From IMG/VR virus record IMGVR_UViG_3300022876_000098: a stretch of 64,000 nucleotides of DNA; one strand, written 5' to 3'. This stretch comes from an uncultured virus (IMG/VR IMGVR_UViG_3300022876_000098). Its lineage: Duplodnaviria > Heunggongvirae > Uroviricota > Caudoviricetes. The translations under genes and the position numbers were made by a program. The notes beneath the pieces were generated by a model, which saw only the letters and a program-made list of their open reading frames with translations, ran no database searches and had not been told where the DNA came from. Shown piece after piece: positions 18,637-25,999 of this stretch. The stretch's first letter is position 1; every line of letters starts with the position of its first letter.

Positions 18637-18810
18637 TAGAAAACCTCGCGCCAGGCCGGCGCCGTCAGTTGAGTAGGGGAAATGCCAGGTCACCCAGGCA
18701 CGGAGGTACGCTCCAGGCCCTGGCTGCGGTGGATGGTTGCGCGCTCTCGCCGCTTACGCTCCGGGTAGGTCCGGTTATCCCCTAAGGGCCCGCCGGGCTC
18801 GGGTGTGTAT

Positions 18811-18927
18811 TCAGGAAGTGATACTGCCGGCCAGTGCGCTGGCGAGCATGAAGAAGGTGCAGGCGAAGAGCATGGAGAAGGAGCCGCGCCAAGCCGCGAT
18901 GCGGCGGGCCCGTTGGTAGGAGGTCAC
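18811..18927 (-). CDS. Small membrane peptide (38 aa)
   Basis: MTSYQRARRIAAWRGSFSMLFACTFFMLASALAGSITS; GTGA coupling. Confidence 0.5.
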   Translation of the reverse strand: MTSYQRARRIAAWRGSFSMLFACTFFMLASALAGSITS

Positions 18928-19145
18928 GCCCGAACCTCGTAGCCGACCGTCCACTCCCCGCAGATGCAGGCGCGGCACTTCCAGGCAGCGGGGTTCTCGA
19001 TGCTGGCCAGCGCCGCTTCATTCACCGCGGCGGCGAATGTCGGCCCCTTGAACAGCATCAGCACCCGGTCGGCCGGCATGGCCTGAGTCTCGGGCAGTTC
19101 CGCGATCTGCTCGTTGATGAGCGTGGTGATTAATGGCGTGGTCAT
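18924..19145 (-). CDS. Phage hypothetical protein
   Basis: Coupled ORF. Confidence 0.65.
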   Translation of the reverse strand: MTTPLITTLINEQIAELPETQAMPADRVLMLFKGPTFAAAVNEAALASIENPAAWKCRACICGEWTVGYEVRA

Positions 19146-19345
19146 GGGGCCTCCTTGCGCCGTACGGCAATACGCCGGATGCGCTCGCAGTAGTGTTTGA
19201 ACTCGTTGGACTCGATGGCCGAGAGGGAGAAGTAGGCGACCACCAGGGTTTCGGCCTTGGCGTCCTCCACCGGGCCAGAGCCCGGCAGAAGCATCGTTTC
19301 GATTGCGGCCTCGATGGCGCTGACTGCCAAGCTGTGAGGGCTCAT
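19142..19345 (-). CDS. Phage hypothetical protein
   Basis: Coupled ORF, GGAGG SD. Confidence 0.65.
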   Translation of the reverse strand: MSPHSLAVSAIEAAIETMLLPGSGPVEDAKAETLVVAYFSLSAIESNEFKHYCERIRRIAVRRKEAP

Positions 19346-19758
19346 TGCGCCTCCTCGGCCTGGGCCAGCCCTCCCTCTTTGGCGAAGGGGGTTAGCAGCT
19401 GGCGGGCGATCTCTTCCAGCGCTGACTCAGGGTTGGCCACGCTCAGGATCTCTTCGGCTGCGGCTGCTGCATCGCTGGTGACCTTGCAGCGCGCAGCCAG
19501 AACCAGGCGGCCCAACACCGAGTTGCTGATGCCATTCAGGCCCAGCTGGCCCATAACGAACTCATCCACCGCCTGGGCGAAGCGCTCATAGGTGACGCCC
19601 TGCTTCGGGCGCATCCGACGCTGAAACACTACGTCGCGGCGCGCCATCAGCTCAGCGATGCCGTCGTCGATCCAAGTGGATTCGGCGTCAGCTACTTCGC
19701 TCACCGCCGGCGGCATCCGGTTGTCGTACTCAAACTGTGCTGCTCGAAGTGCGCCCAT
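19342..19758 (-). CDS. Phage hypothetical protein
   Basis: GGAG SD. Confidence 0.7.
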   Translation of the reverse strand: MGALRAAQFEYDNRMPPAVSEVADAESTWIDDGIAELMARRDVVFQRRMRPKQGVTYERFAQAVDEFVMGQLGLNGISNSVLGRLVLAARCKVTSDAAAAAEEILSVANPESALEEIARQLLTPFAKEGGLAQAEEAQ

Positions 19759-19777
19759 GGCGATCTCCAGGTGGGTT

Positions 19778-20140
19778 ATGCGGCCGCATTGGTCAGGAGC
19801 CAGACGCGGGTGACCAAACCCACCGTGAAAGGTGGCCTGGCGCCTGCCAATGCGGTCGATGTGAAGGGAAGGGGTGCAGGCGGTGAGCGCTACCTCACAT
19901 GCATCTGGTCTGGCCGGGTAGGCCCCGGATTCGCCTGCGGTGAACGTCGATTAAGGTGAATACGGGTGAGCGTTACGTTGTGTAAGGCTCACGGTTATGC
20001 GCTTTAAATCGATGAAAACTGCATCGGGGTGTGATCTGCATGACGTTTGCCGCCCATTGCTCTCGCGCTGGGTGACGGTACTCAGATCACACTCCGATGC
20101 AGCCTGCGATGGGGAGCAGGGCATCGGGCAGTTTTCGTCA
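19778..20140 (-). ncRNA. Cluster of structured RNA modules in the pL transcript (unassigned)
   Basis: Several long inverted repeats, a tRNA-like fold at 19872-19938, and a 20-bp stem at 20019-20038/20083-20102. Confidence 0.45.
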
Positions 20141-20154
20141 GGCTGACGGGGCGC

Positions 20155-20451
20155 TCACTCGTTGTTGAGCCAGCGCAGAACCTCTTCCTCGTCAATAGCG
20201 CTGAGGAATTCGGTCGGGTCTACATCGTTGCTGGCCAGCCATTCGGAGATCTCGGCCTCGTCCATGGTCTCCAGCAGTTTGCCGGCGCCGACGTGGTGGA
20301 CGATTTCGTGCGGCTCAAGGTCGTGCAGGCGGTCGTCGATGTGCAGCGCCTCGGCAATGTCGCTACCTTTGCCTTCAACCGTCACACGCACTTGGCTGTT
20401 CCGGCCCACGCTTTCCACGCTGATGCTATCCGCGTCGAATTTAATGCTCAT
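20155..20451 (-). CDS. Acidic phage hypothetical protein, first gene after the pL leader
   Basis: GGAGG SD. Confidence 0.7.
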   Translation of the reverse strand: MSIKFDADSISVESVGRNSQVRVTVEGKGSDIAEALHIDDRLHDLEPHEIVHHVGAGKLLETMDEAEISEWLASNDVDPTEFLSAIDEEEVLRWLNNE

Positions 20452-20687
20452 GCTGTGTTCCTCCAGTGGATTTCCAAAGCACCCGGTCGCCCAGGTGCTT
20501 CAGTGAATCGCTCTGTCCCATTACCGCCGGGGTGGCGGGGCGCATTGCATGCCCGGGTCGTTCTCTCGGTTTAGGCGTTTCACCTTCGTCAGCCGTACAG
20601 GGTTGTCCCTGTCGTAGGCAGCCTTTCGGGGCTGTCTGATCGCCGGTCGCCGGTAGAGGCAATGCGGTCTGTTGGTTGTTGCGCTGG

Positions 20688-20700
20688 TTGTTAAAGAGCG
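20688..20700 (-). promoter_or_regulatory. boxA antitermination element
   Basis: CGCTCTTTAACAA on the minus strand just downstream of the predicted pL. Confidence 0.75.
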
Positions 20701-20750
20701 GTGAGGCTTGAGGGCCTCCCGAGGGGCTGTGTAGCGCCTCGATGAAATGA

Positions 20751-20793
20751 ACGATAAGCCAATGCCTATTTTTTGTAAATAGGTAATGCCTAA
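20751..20793 (-). promoter_or_regulatory. pL promoter with OL operators
   Basis: -35 TTTACA, 17 bp, -10 TATCGT. Operators TAAGCCAATGCCTA and TAGGTAATGCCTA match those at OR. Confidence 0.7.
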
Positions 20794-20864
20794 CCTTTTC
20801 ATAAGCGCCTAATCCGCTATCCGGGCTTGCATCATTCGATGGCTCGGGTAAGCTCTGCTTAACA

Positions 20865-20880
20865 CTGGATGGATGTACAG
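20865..20880. promoter_or_regulatory. LexA (SOS) box
   Basis: CTGGATGGATGTACAG = CTG-N10-CAG directly before the SD of the downstream gene. Confidence 0.7.
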
Positions 20881-20895
20881 TTAAAGGAGGAAGAT

Positions 20896-21222
20896 ATGGC
20901 CAAGCAGAAGAAGTCGAGCCCGCAAGCGCGCCAAGAGATGACCGCCCTTGAGCGGCTGGGTCTGCGGGTCTCGTCGATGATCAATCACCCGATCGCCCAA
21001 GCTCAGCGCTGGGTAACGATCCATCGCCTAGACACGGACGGAGACATGGAGTGGGAGGAGGTGATGGGGCTGCTGGCTGAAACGTCGGAGCTGGACCTGA
21101 CGTTCAATGATGACGAAAGCGTGACGGTGAGGTGGGAGGCTCAGGACGCCGGAGATCGAGACGACCTGGTCGTGGAGAGGGATTGGGAGAAGGAAAGGGT
21201 GGAGGAGGAGGTGCCTTTCTGA
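20896..21222 (+). CDS. DUF1654-like protein
   Basis: ERLGLRVSSMINHPIAQAQRWVTIHRLDTDGD. Confidence 0.75.
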   Translation: MAKQKKSSPQARQEMTALERLGLRVSSMINHPIAQAQRWVTIHRLDTDGDMEWEEVMGLLAETSELDLTFNDDESVTVRWEAQDAGDRDDLVVERDWEKERVEEEVPF

Positions 21223-21229
21223 CCAGCAC

Positions 21230-21257
21230 GAAAAGCCCGCGCAATGCGGGCTCTTGC
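21230..21257. terminator. Bidirectional intrinsic terminator
   Basis: AAAAGCCCGC-GCAAT-GCGGGCTCTT between convergent genes. Confidence 0.75.
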
Positions 21258-21259
21258 AG

Positions 21260-22288
21260 CTATTCCGTTGGCATACCCAATTTTAATGACTTTGCATGTG
21301 CTGCTATGAACGGTGGGGGTAAGGCATTCCCGATCATCAAAGCAATAGCTTCCTTTCCATGAGCGGGGTTGAAGTAATAGTCATGGGGGAACCCTTGAAG
21401 AACTGCCGCTTCCCGTAGCGTTATAGTTCGATCAAGCTCCGGGTGTAAAAAGCGCCCTTTTGAAGGATTATGACAGCCACTGGTAATTGTTGGGGAAACT
21501 GAATCCCAGTTCATTCTCCCGTAAACATCTCTAAAACCGTCACTTTTTTTGTGGCAGTCTAGTTGATATTCAGCGGCTAAGTCTCTTCTACTTCCACCAT
21601 TCTTCGGGATCAACGAAATGATACGTTGAACGGCCGGGGTCCTACGTTCAGGAATTAAATGTACAGGATCTTCAAAAGACGCTGAGTCAGGAATGGAGGA
21701 AAATGCTTCACGCACAGTCATTCTAGTTTCTGATTTCATTGCTACAGCGGGCACGTGAACTCGTGAGGCAAGCATAATTAGTCGCTTGCGTCGCTGTGGT
21801 ACTCCAAAATTGGCAGCGTCTAATACTTGGACTGTACAGTTGTAGCCAAGAGCTTCAAGGTCACGTATTGCTAGCTCAAATCTATTATCTTTCGTAAGCG
21901 AGGGAACGTTCTCGAGCATAATGCATTTTGGCATCATGATTTTTGCAAAACGAATAAAATCGCTTATGAGGTCGTTCCGCGCATCAGCTACAGAGTTGGC
22001 CTTGTTTTTAGTTCGCAGTCTAGAAAAACCTTGGCAAGGCGGGCATCCGGCGAGCAAATCTAGCTGTCCTGGATTTATCCCAGCATCAAGCATGATCTGG
22101 CTTGGATCCAGTTCGCGGATGTCTCTGTCATAAAGCGCAACATGCGGATGGTTGGCTCTATATGTTTCAATAGCTTTCGGCGCAATCTCAACTGCGGCGG
22201 TAACGCGGAAACCCGCTTGCTCTAGGCCAAGGCTTAAACCTCCGCAACCACTGAACAGGTCTACGGCGATGAATTCGCGGGTTTTCAA
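21260..22288 (-). CDS. DNA (cytosine-5) methyltransferase, bacterial/RM type
   Basis: DLFSGCGG, GCPPCQGFS, MLENVP, PQRRKR, LREAAVLQGFP, IGNALPP; AT-rich. Confidence 0.92.
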   Translation of the reverse strand: MKTREFIAVDLFSGCGGLSLGLEQAGFRVTAAVEIAPKAIETYRANHPHVALYDRDIRELDPSQIMLDAGINPGQLDLLAGCPPCQGFSRLRTKNKANSVADARNDLISDFIRFAKIMMPKCIMLENVPSLTKDNRFELAIRDLEALGYNCTVQVLDAANFGVPQRRKRLIMLASRVHVPAVAMKSETRMTVREAFSSIPDSASFEDPVHLIPERRTPAVQRIISLIPKNGGSRRDLAAEYQLDCHKKSDGFRDVYGRMNWDSVSPTITSGCHNPSKGRFLHPELDRTITLREAAVLQGFPHDYYFNPAHGKEAIALMIGNALPPPFIAAHAKSLKLGMPTE

Positions 22289-22325
22289 TGATTTTGATCC
22301 TGGTGCCAGTCAAGCGCTTCGCGCC

Positions 22326-24092
22326 CTATTTTACATGATTCAGCCATAATTTCAATTGTTGGCGAATCGTGTTCAAATCATCATTATCAATCGGGATCTT
22401 GGCGGTCGATACTTTCTCTAAAACGCTCATTTCTGCTTGAGGGAGTTCAATTGCACCTTGAGTCAAAAAGATCCTTAATTGGTCTTTAGCATCTTGCGCA
22501 TCTTTGCAATCGGCGCCGAGTTGGGGGTCATGAGCGTCAAGAAGTATCTGTTCGGGACAGCGTTTAGGCAGATAGGCTAGCCGCTTTCTAGCCCAGGCCA
22601 GGTATTCTAAATGGGAATTTATCTTGGCTGCGTTGTGTTGCTCCGCTCCGTTCCCTCCTTGAAGAAGGAAATGCGGTGCGCAGCCAAATTCTGCTTTAAG
22701 CAACAGTTCGAGGCTGGAGTATTCAGCTGGTGGTATTTTTAGTGGGTCGGTGAAATCATTAACTTTCTTTTTATCTCCGTCCAAGTAAACGAATATATCA
22801 TCGCCAGATGTCATTGCTGAGGGTATATGGTACTTTAAGATTGATTCAGCCCCGCCAGGGGCAATTTTTATTTCAATTGCCTGTTGGTCTCCTGCATCTA
22901 AACCCTTAATCGAGTGGGTTATTATTTGTTCGGCGAGCGGGTCTTCAACAAGAATTCTTTTTGTTTTAGGCTGTTGCCTCCCTAGGCGATGAAGCGCAGC
23001 ATATGGAGAGCAATGAGGCAGAGCTCGAGTTTGCTGTTGGCCGTTGTCTTCAAGGACCTTTATTGCAGAGGCTGGAAGGCCATCTAGGAAGTCGCTTGAG
23101 TGTGTTGATATAATTATCTGGTGGTGCTTAATCTTGATTTGCTCAAGTAGAAATCTCAGTAGGGCTCGCTGGGCTCCGGGGTGTAGAGATGTCTCTGGTT
23201 CATCAAGCAAGATAAGCGAATACTTTTCAGCAGCAAGGAGTTGCACGACAGCACTTACAGCAGCGATCTCGCCGCTTCCTGCGAAAGCTTCTGAGTATTC
23301 AAATCCGCGCTTAAATACTACGCTCATGTCTTGGCCCCTGTTGCCCGGGTAGAGCGAGTGGCGTACAAGTTGCGCTGACGTGTATTCCCTTCCGAGGATA
23401 TTCGATACGTGAAACAGTTCTTCGTCTGTCAGTGGCCGGTTCTCAAAAAGCTTTTGCCTAGGCCCGTGCTTATAGCTCTGTTTGTTTTCAGCGATAATAC
23501 GTTTCAGGCGTTGGGCCTCAAGCTTCATTGAGCTCCTATTCTGATCTCCTCCTTCATCGGTATAAAAATACCGATCAAAAGACCCGAAAGTCATTTTGAA
23601 GTTTATGTAAACAACCTTTCGCCTTACTGGGTTCCATCTATCCTTAGATTTTCCCTCGAATTTTTGTGCTGGGATGGGTGGCATGCCATCTGCTTCACTC
23701 CTGCGGTAGGGCTCCCAGTAGTCCTCTTTGCGGCCAAGCCTTGCCTTACGTGTTTCTACAATACCTTTGTAAGACTCGTTCCAATGGCCATAGACATATC
23801 GTTGTGGATCCTTTTTGGATCCCTCAATAGGGTCCAAGTCAGTGGCGAACCAAAATTTGCTGGTTGTATAGCCGAAGGGCATGCCCCATAAAGCGTGCAA
23901 TATCGAGCTTTTGCCAATTCCGTTGGCGCCTACAAGTGCCGTTAACGGAAATTCAAAATCTATTTGAGTTCCTGGTTCAATTCCTTTGAACTTCGGAAAT
24001 CGAGCATGAGTGATGTAGCTTTTGAGAGGCTTGCCGGGTTTAAATTTTTCTAGCGTAGTGACCAGTTCGGCAATGGCTTCATTGTCATTCAT
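22326..24092 (-). CDS. ABC-type ATPase fused to TOPRIM nuclease (OLD-like)
   Basis: Walker A GANGIGKS, signature AGSGE, Walker B LLDEPETSLHP, STHS; TOPRIM ILVED and YLDGD; AT-rich. Confidence 0.85.
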   Translation of the reverse strand: MNDNEAIAELVTTLEKFKPGKPLKSYITHARFPKFKGIEPGTQIDFEFPLTALVGANGIGKSSILHALWGMPFGYTTSKFWFATDLDPIEGSKKDPQRYVYGHWNESYKGIVETRKARLGRKEDYWEPYRRSEADGMPPIPAQKFEGKSKDRWNPVRRKVVYINFKMTFGSFDRYFYTDEGGDQNRSSMKLEAQRLKRIIAENKQSYKHGPRQKLFENRPLTDEELFHVSNILGREYTSAQLVRHSLYPGNRGQDMSVVFKRGFEYSEAFAGSGEIAAVSAVVQLLAAEKYSLILLDEPETSLHPGAQRALLRFLLEQIKIKHHQIIISTHSSDFLDGLPASAIKVLEDNGQQQTRALPHCSPYAALHRLGRQQPKTKRILVEDPLAEQIITHSIKGLDAGDQQAIEIKIAPGGAESILKYHIPSAMTSGDDIFVYLDGDKKKVNDFTDPLKIPPAEYSSLELLLKAEFGCAPHFLLQGGNGAEQHNAAKINSHLEYLAWARKRLAYLPKRCPEQILLDAHDPQLGADCKDAQDAKDQLRIFLTQGAIELPQAEMSVLEKVSTAKIPIDNDDLNTIRQQLKLWLNHVK

Positions 24093-24215
24093 ACTCTGAT
24101 CCGTGTCATAGATTTAGTTTTGGTGTAGAGCTTAATGGGTATTATTAAAGGCTACAGGTTTCTTTAAGCACAAGTCGGGCAAGGGTCGGGGGGTGGTTAG
24201 TCTCACTATTTATTT

Positions 24216-25058
24216 TCAAACTAAATGTGCATTCCACACCAACAGCACACGAGCCTGAATGTAGGTCATGTCCCGGCGGATCAGCCGATCCTTGTGCCTG
24301 GTGTTGTCCGAAATCATCTCGAAATGTTCCTCATCCGCCACCTGCAGGCGCTTGATGTAGATGTGGTCATCCCAGTAGAAGAGGTAGATCCCGTCGCCCA
24401 CGAATTCGCGGACGTTGATATTTACGATCAGCGGGTCACGGTGCTTGATGGTGGGCTCCATCGACTGGCCCCAACCGGTGACCACCTTCAGGTGGTAGTG
24501 CTCCTCGAACTCGACGCCGATTTCCCGCAGGTGACTGGGGCTGACGCGAATGTCCTTTAGCATCTCCGGGTAATCGTGCGGGATCTGGCCGCCACCCATT
24601 GCTGCGCGAATATCGTAGTGGGCGATCCGGACCTCGTCGCCGACCAGGCCAGGCCGGGAGAAGTCCGCGGTAATCACATTTCCCTCATCGGTCGCTTCGG
24701 CGGCTGCAATCAACTGCGCGCGCGCCGAATCCGACAAGTTCTTGCCTTGGTTCGCGAGCATGGCGCGAACCATGTCGGCAGCTGAGGTTGGCGCCGGCTC
24801 TGCGACAGGTTCCGAAGTGACGTCCTGGATGCTCTCGTAGGAAAAGCCAGGGCGAAGCCCCCAGTGTTCAGGACCCACTACGTCAGAAAAGTATGCGATC
24901 ACGTCCATCAGCTTGGACTTGTCGATCCGGCCGTTTTTCACCCAGCCCTGCACCGACGGAGGCTTCACCTGGAAGTCGTCTGCGAGCTGTTTCTTAGATA
25001 CGCCCTTGGCGATCCGCGCAGCATCAATGGCTGCACCTAATTCTGGTCCGGTAAGCAT
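24216..25058 (-). CDS. cI: CI-like repressor (HTH + S24 autopeptidase)
   Basis: N-terminal HTH; AAMGGG cleavage-site region, GQSMEP, YIKRLQ. Confidence 0.92.
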   Translation of the reverse strand: MLTGPELGAAIDAARIAKGVSKKQLADDFQVKPPSVQGWVKNGRIDKSKLMDVIAYFSDVVGPEHWGLRPGFSYESIQDVTSEPVAEPAPTSAADMVRAMLANQGKNLSDSARAQLIAAAEATDEGNVITADFSRPGLVGDEVRIAHYDIRAAMGGGQIPHDYPEMLKDIRVSPSHLREIGVEFEEHYHLKVVTGWGQSMEPTIKHRDPLIVNINVREFVGDGIYLFYWDDHIYIKRLQVADEEHFEMISDNTRHKDRLIRRDMTYIQARVLLVWNAHLV

Positions 25059-25127
25059 TGCCTAATTAGGCCTATCGCTAGTGCGATTAGGCAATGGCTT
25101 GTATAAGATAAGGTATTGCCTTATATT
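25052..25127. promoter_or_regulatory. OR operators with pR (and pRM)
   Basis: TAAGCATTGCCTA, TAGGCAATGGCTT, AAGGTATTGCCTT; -35 TTGTAT, 17 bp, -10 TATATT. Confidence 0.75.
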
Positions 25128-25154
25128 CATCGGTAAATCTCCAGGATAGAACTC

Positions 25155-25403
25155 ATGAAATCAGCAGAAGCAGCCAAAGAAGCATCCCGCGTGCTGGGCA
25201 GCCAGGCGGAATTGGCGCGCCGGCTGAATGTTGCGGCACCCACCGTCAACCAATGGTGTTCAGGAGAGCGCACGGTCCCAGCCAAGCGCGCACTGCAGAT
25301 TGAGGCGCTTACGAATGGCGCCGTGAATCGTGCCGATCTGTGTCCGTCGTTCCCGTGGAACCAAGTCGACAGTAATCCGACCCGCGCGCTTTCCGCCGCC
25401 TAA
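25155..25403 (+). CDS. cro: Cro/YdaS-like HTH regulator
   Basis: GSQAELARRLNVAAPTVNQW..ADLCP; divergent from cI. Confidence 0.85.
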   Translation: MKSAEAAKEASRVLGSQAELARRLNVAAPTVNQWCSGERTVPAKRALQIEALTNGAVNRADLCPSFPWNQVDSNPTRALSAA

Positions 25404-25433
25404 CCACTTTCCCAAGCAAGGAGCCACCACTCA

Positions 25434-25628
25434 ATGAGCTACGACGATAGCCGGCATCTGAAAGACCGGGAGATCAAGTCCCGTTATGACGAGGATACCT
25501 ACGAGGCTGTGAGGGCGGTTGCAAAGCTTCACCGGCTTCAACCAGCGGTGTTCGTACGCATGTGTGTAGAGGAGAAGCTCGCTCTGCTAATTGCTCAGGA
25601 TGATAACGAGACTGCGCACACGGCCTGA
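25434..25628 (+). CDS. Small regulator in the CII position
   Basis: Position after cro; RHH-like pattern. Confidence 0.6.
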   Translation: MSYDDSRHLKDREIKSRYDEDTYEAVRAVAKLHRLQPAVFVRMCVEEKLALLIAQDDNETAHTA

Positions 25629-25647
25629 AGGCCCGCAAGGGGGACTC

Positions 25648-25827
25648 ATGGCCGAAACGATGATTTGTCACGGCCTCGAGGAGCGCTTCTACCGAAAGCT
25701 TGAAGAGATGGCGATGAAAGCCGGGATGACCCCCGAGCAGTACGCCGTCCAGTTAGTACGGGAAAGCCTCCTAGAGAAAACGAGGCCTAAAGGCGCCGGC
25801 AAGCTCCGGCACCTGCCTCGGCCTTAA
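25648..25827 (+). CDS. Small hypothetical regulator
   Basis: GGGG SD; MAETMICHGL. Confidence 0.55.
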   Translation: MAETMICHGLEERFYRKLEEMAMKAGMTPEQYAVQLVRESLLEKTRPKGAGKLRHLPRP

Positions 25828-25999
25828 AAGGCCCTGAAAAGGGAGCGTCTGGCTACAGGCAGCGCAACCGGAAGGGCTTCATTTTTCCGCGCATGCGCGG
25901 ATCGGTGCCCATGGGCTTCGCACTATCAAGGTACGAACCCCAGGCACAAAAAAACCGCCTGGCGGGGCGGTTTCTTCAACTACTGCTTCGAGGACGATT

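Noticed and set aside
19872..19938. Possible tRNA gene
   Set aside because: No anticodon arm and no TTCG T-loop; kept only as a tRNA-like candidate.
20565..20600. CTGACGA...GAAAC on the minus strand resembling a hammerhead ribozyme core
   Set aside because: No proper stem II followed by GAAA and no stem III/NUH arrangement could be built.
22326..24215. Retron or Gabija system
   Set aside because: No reverse transcriptase, msr-msd-like repeats or UvrD helicase nearby.
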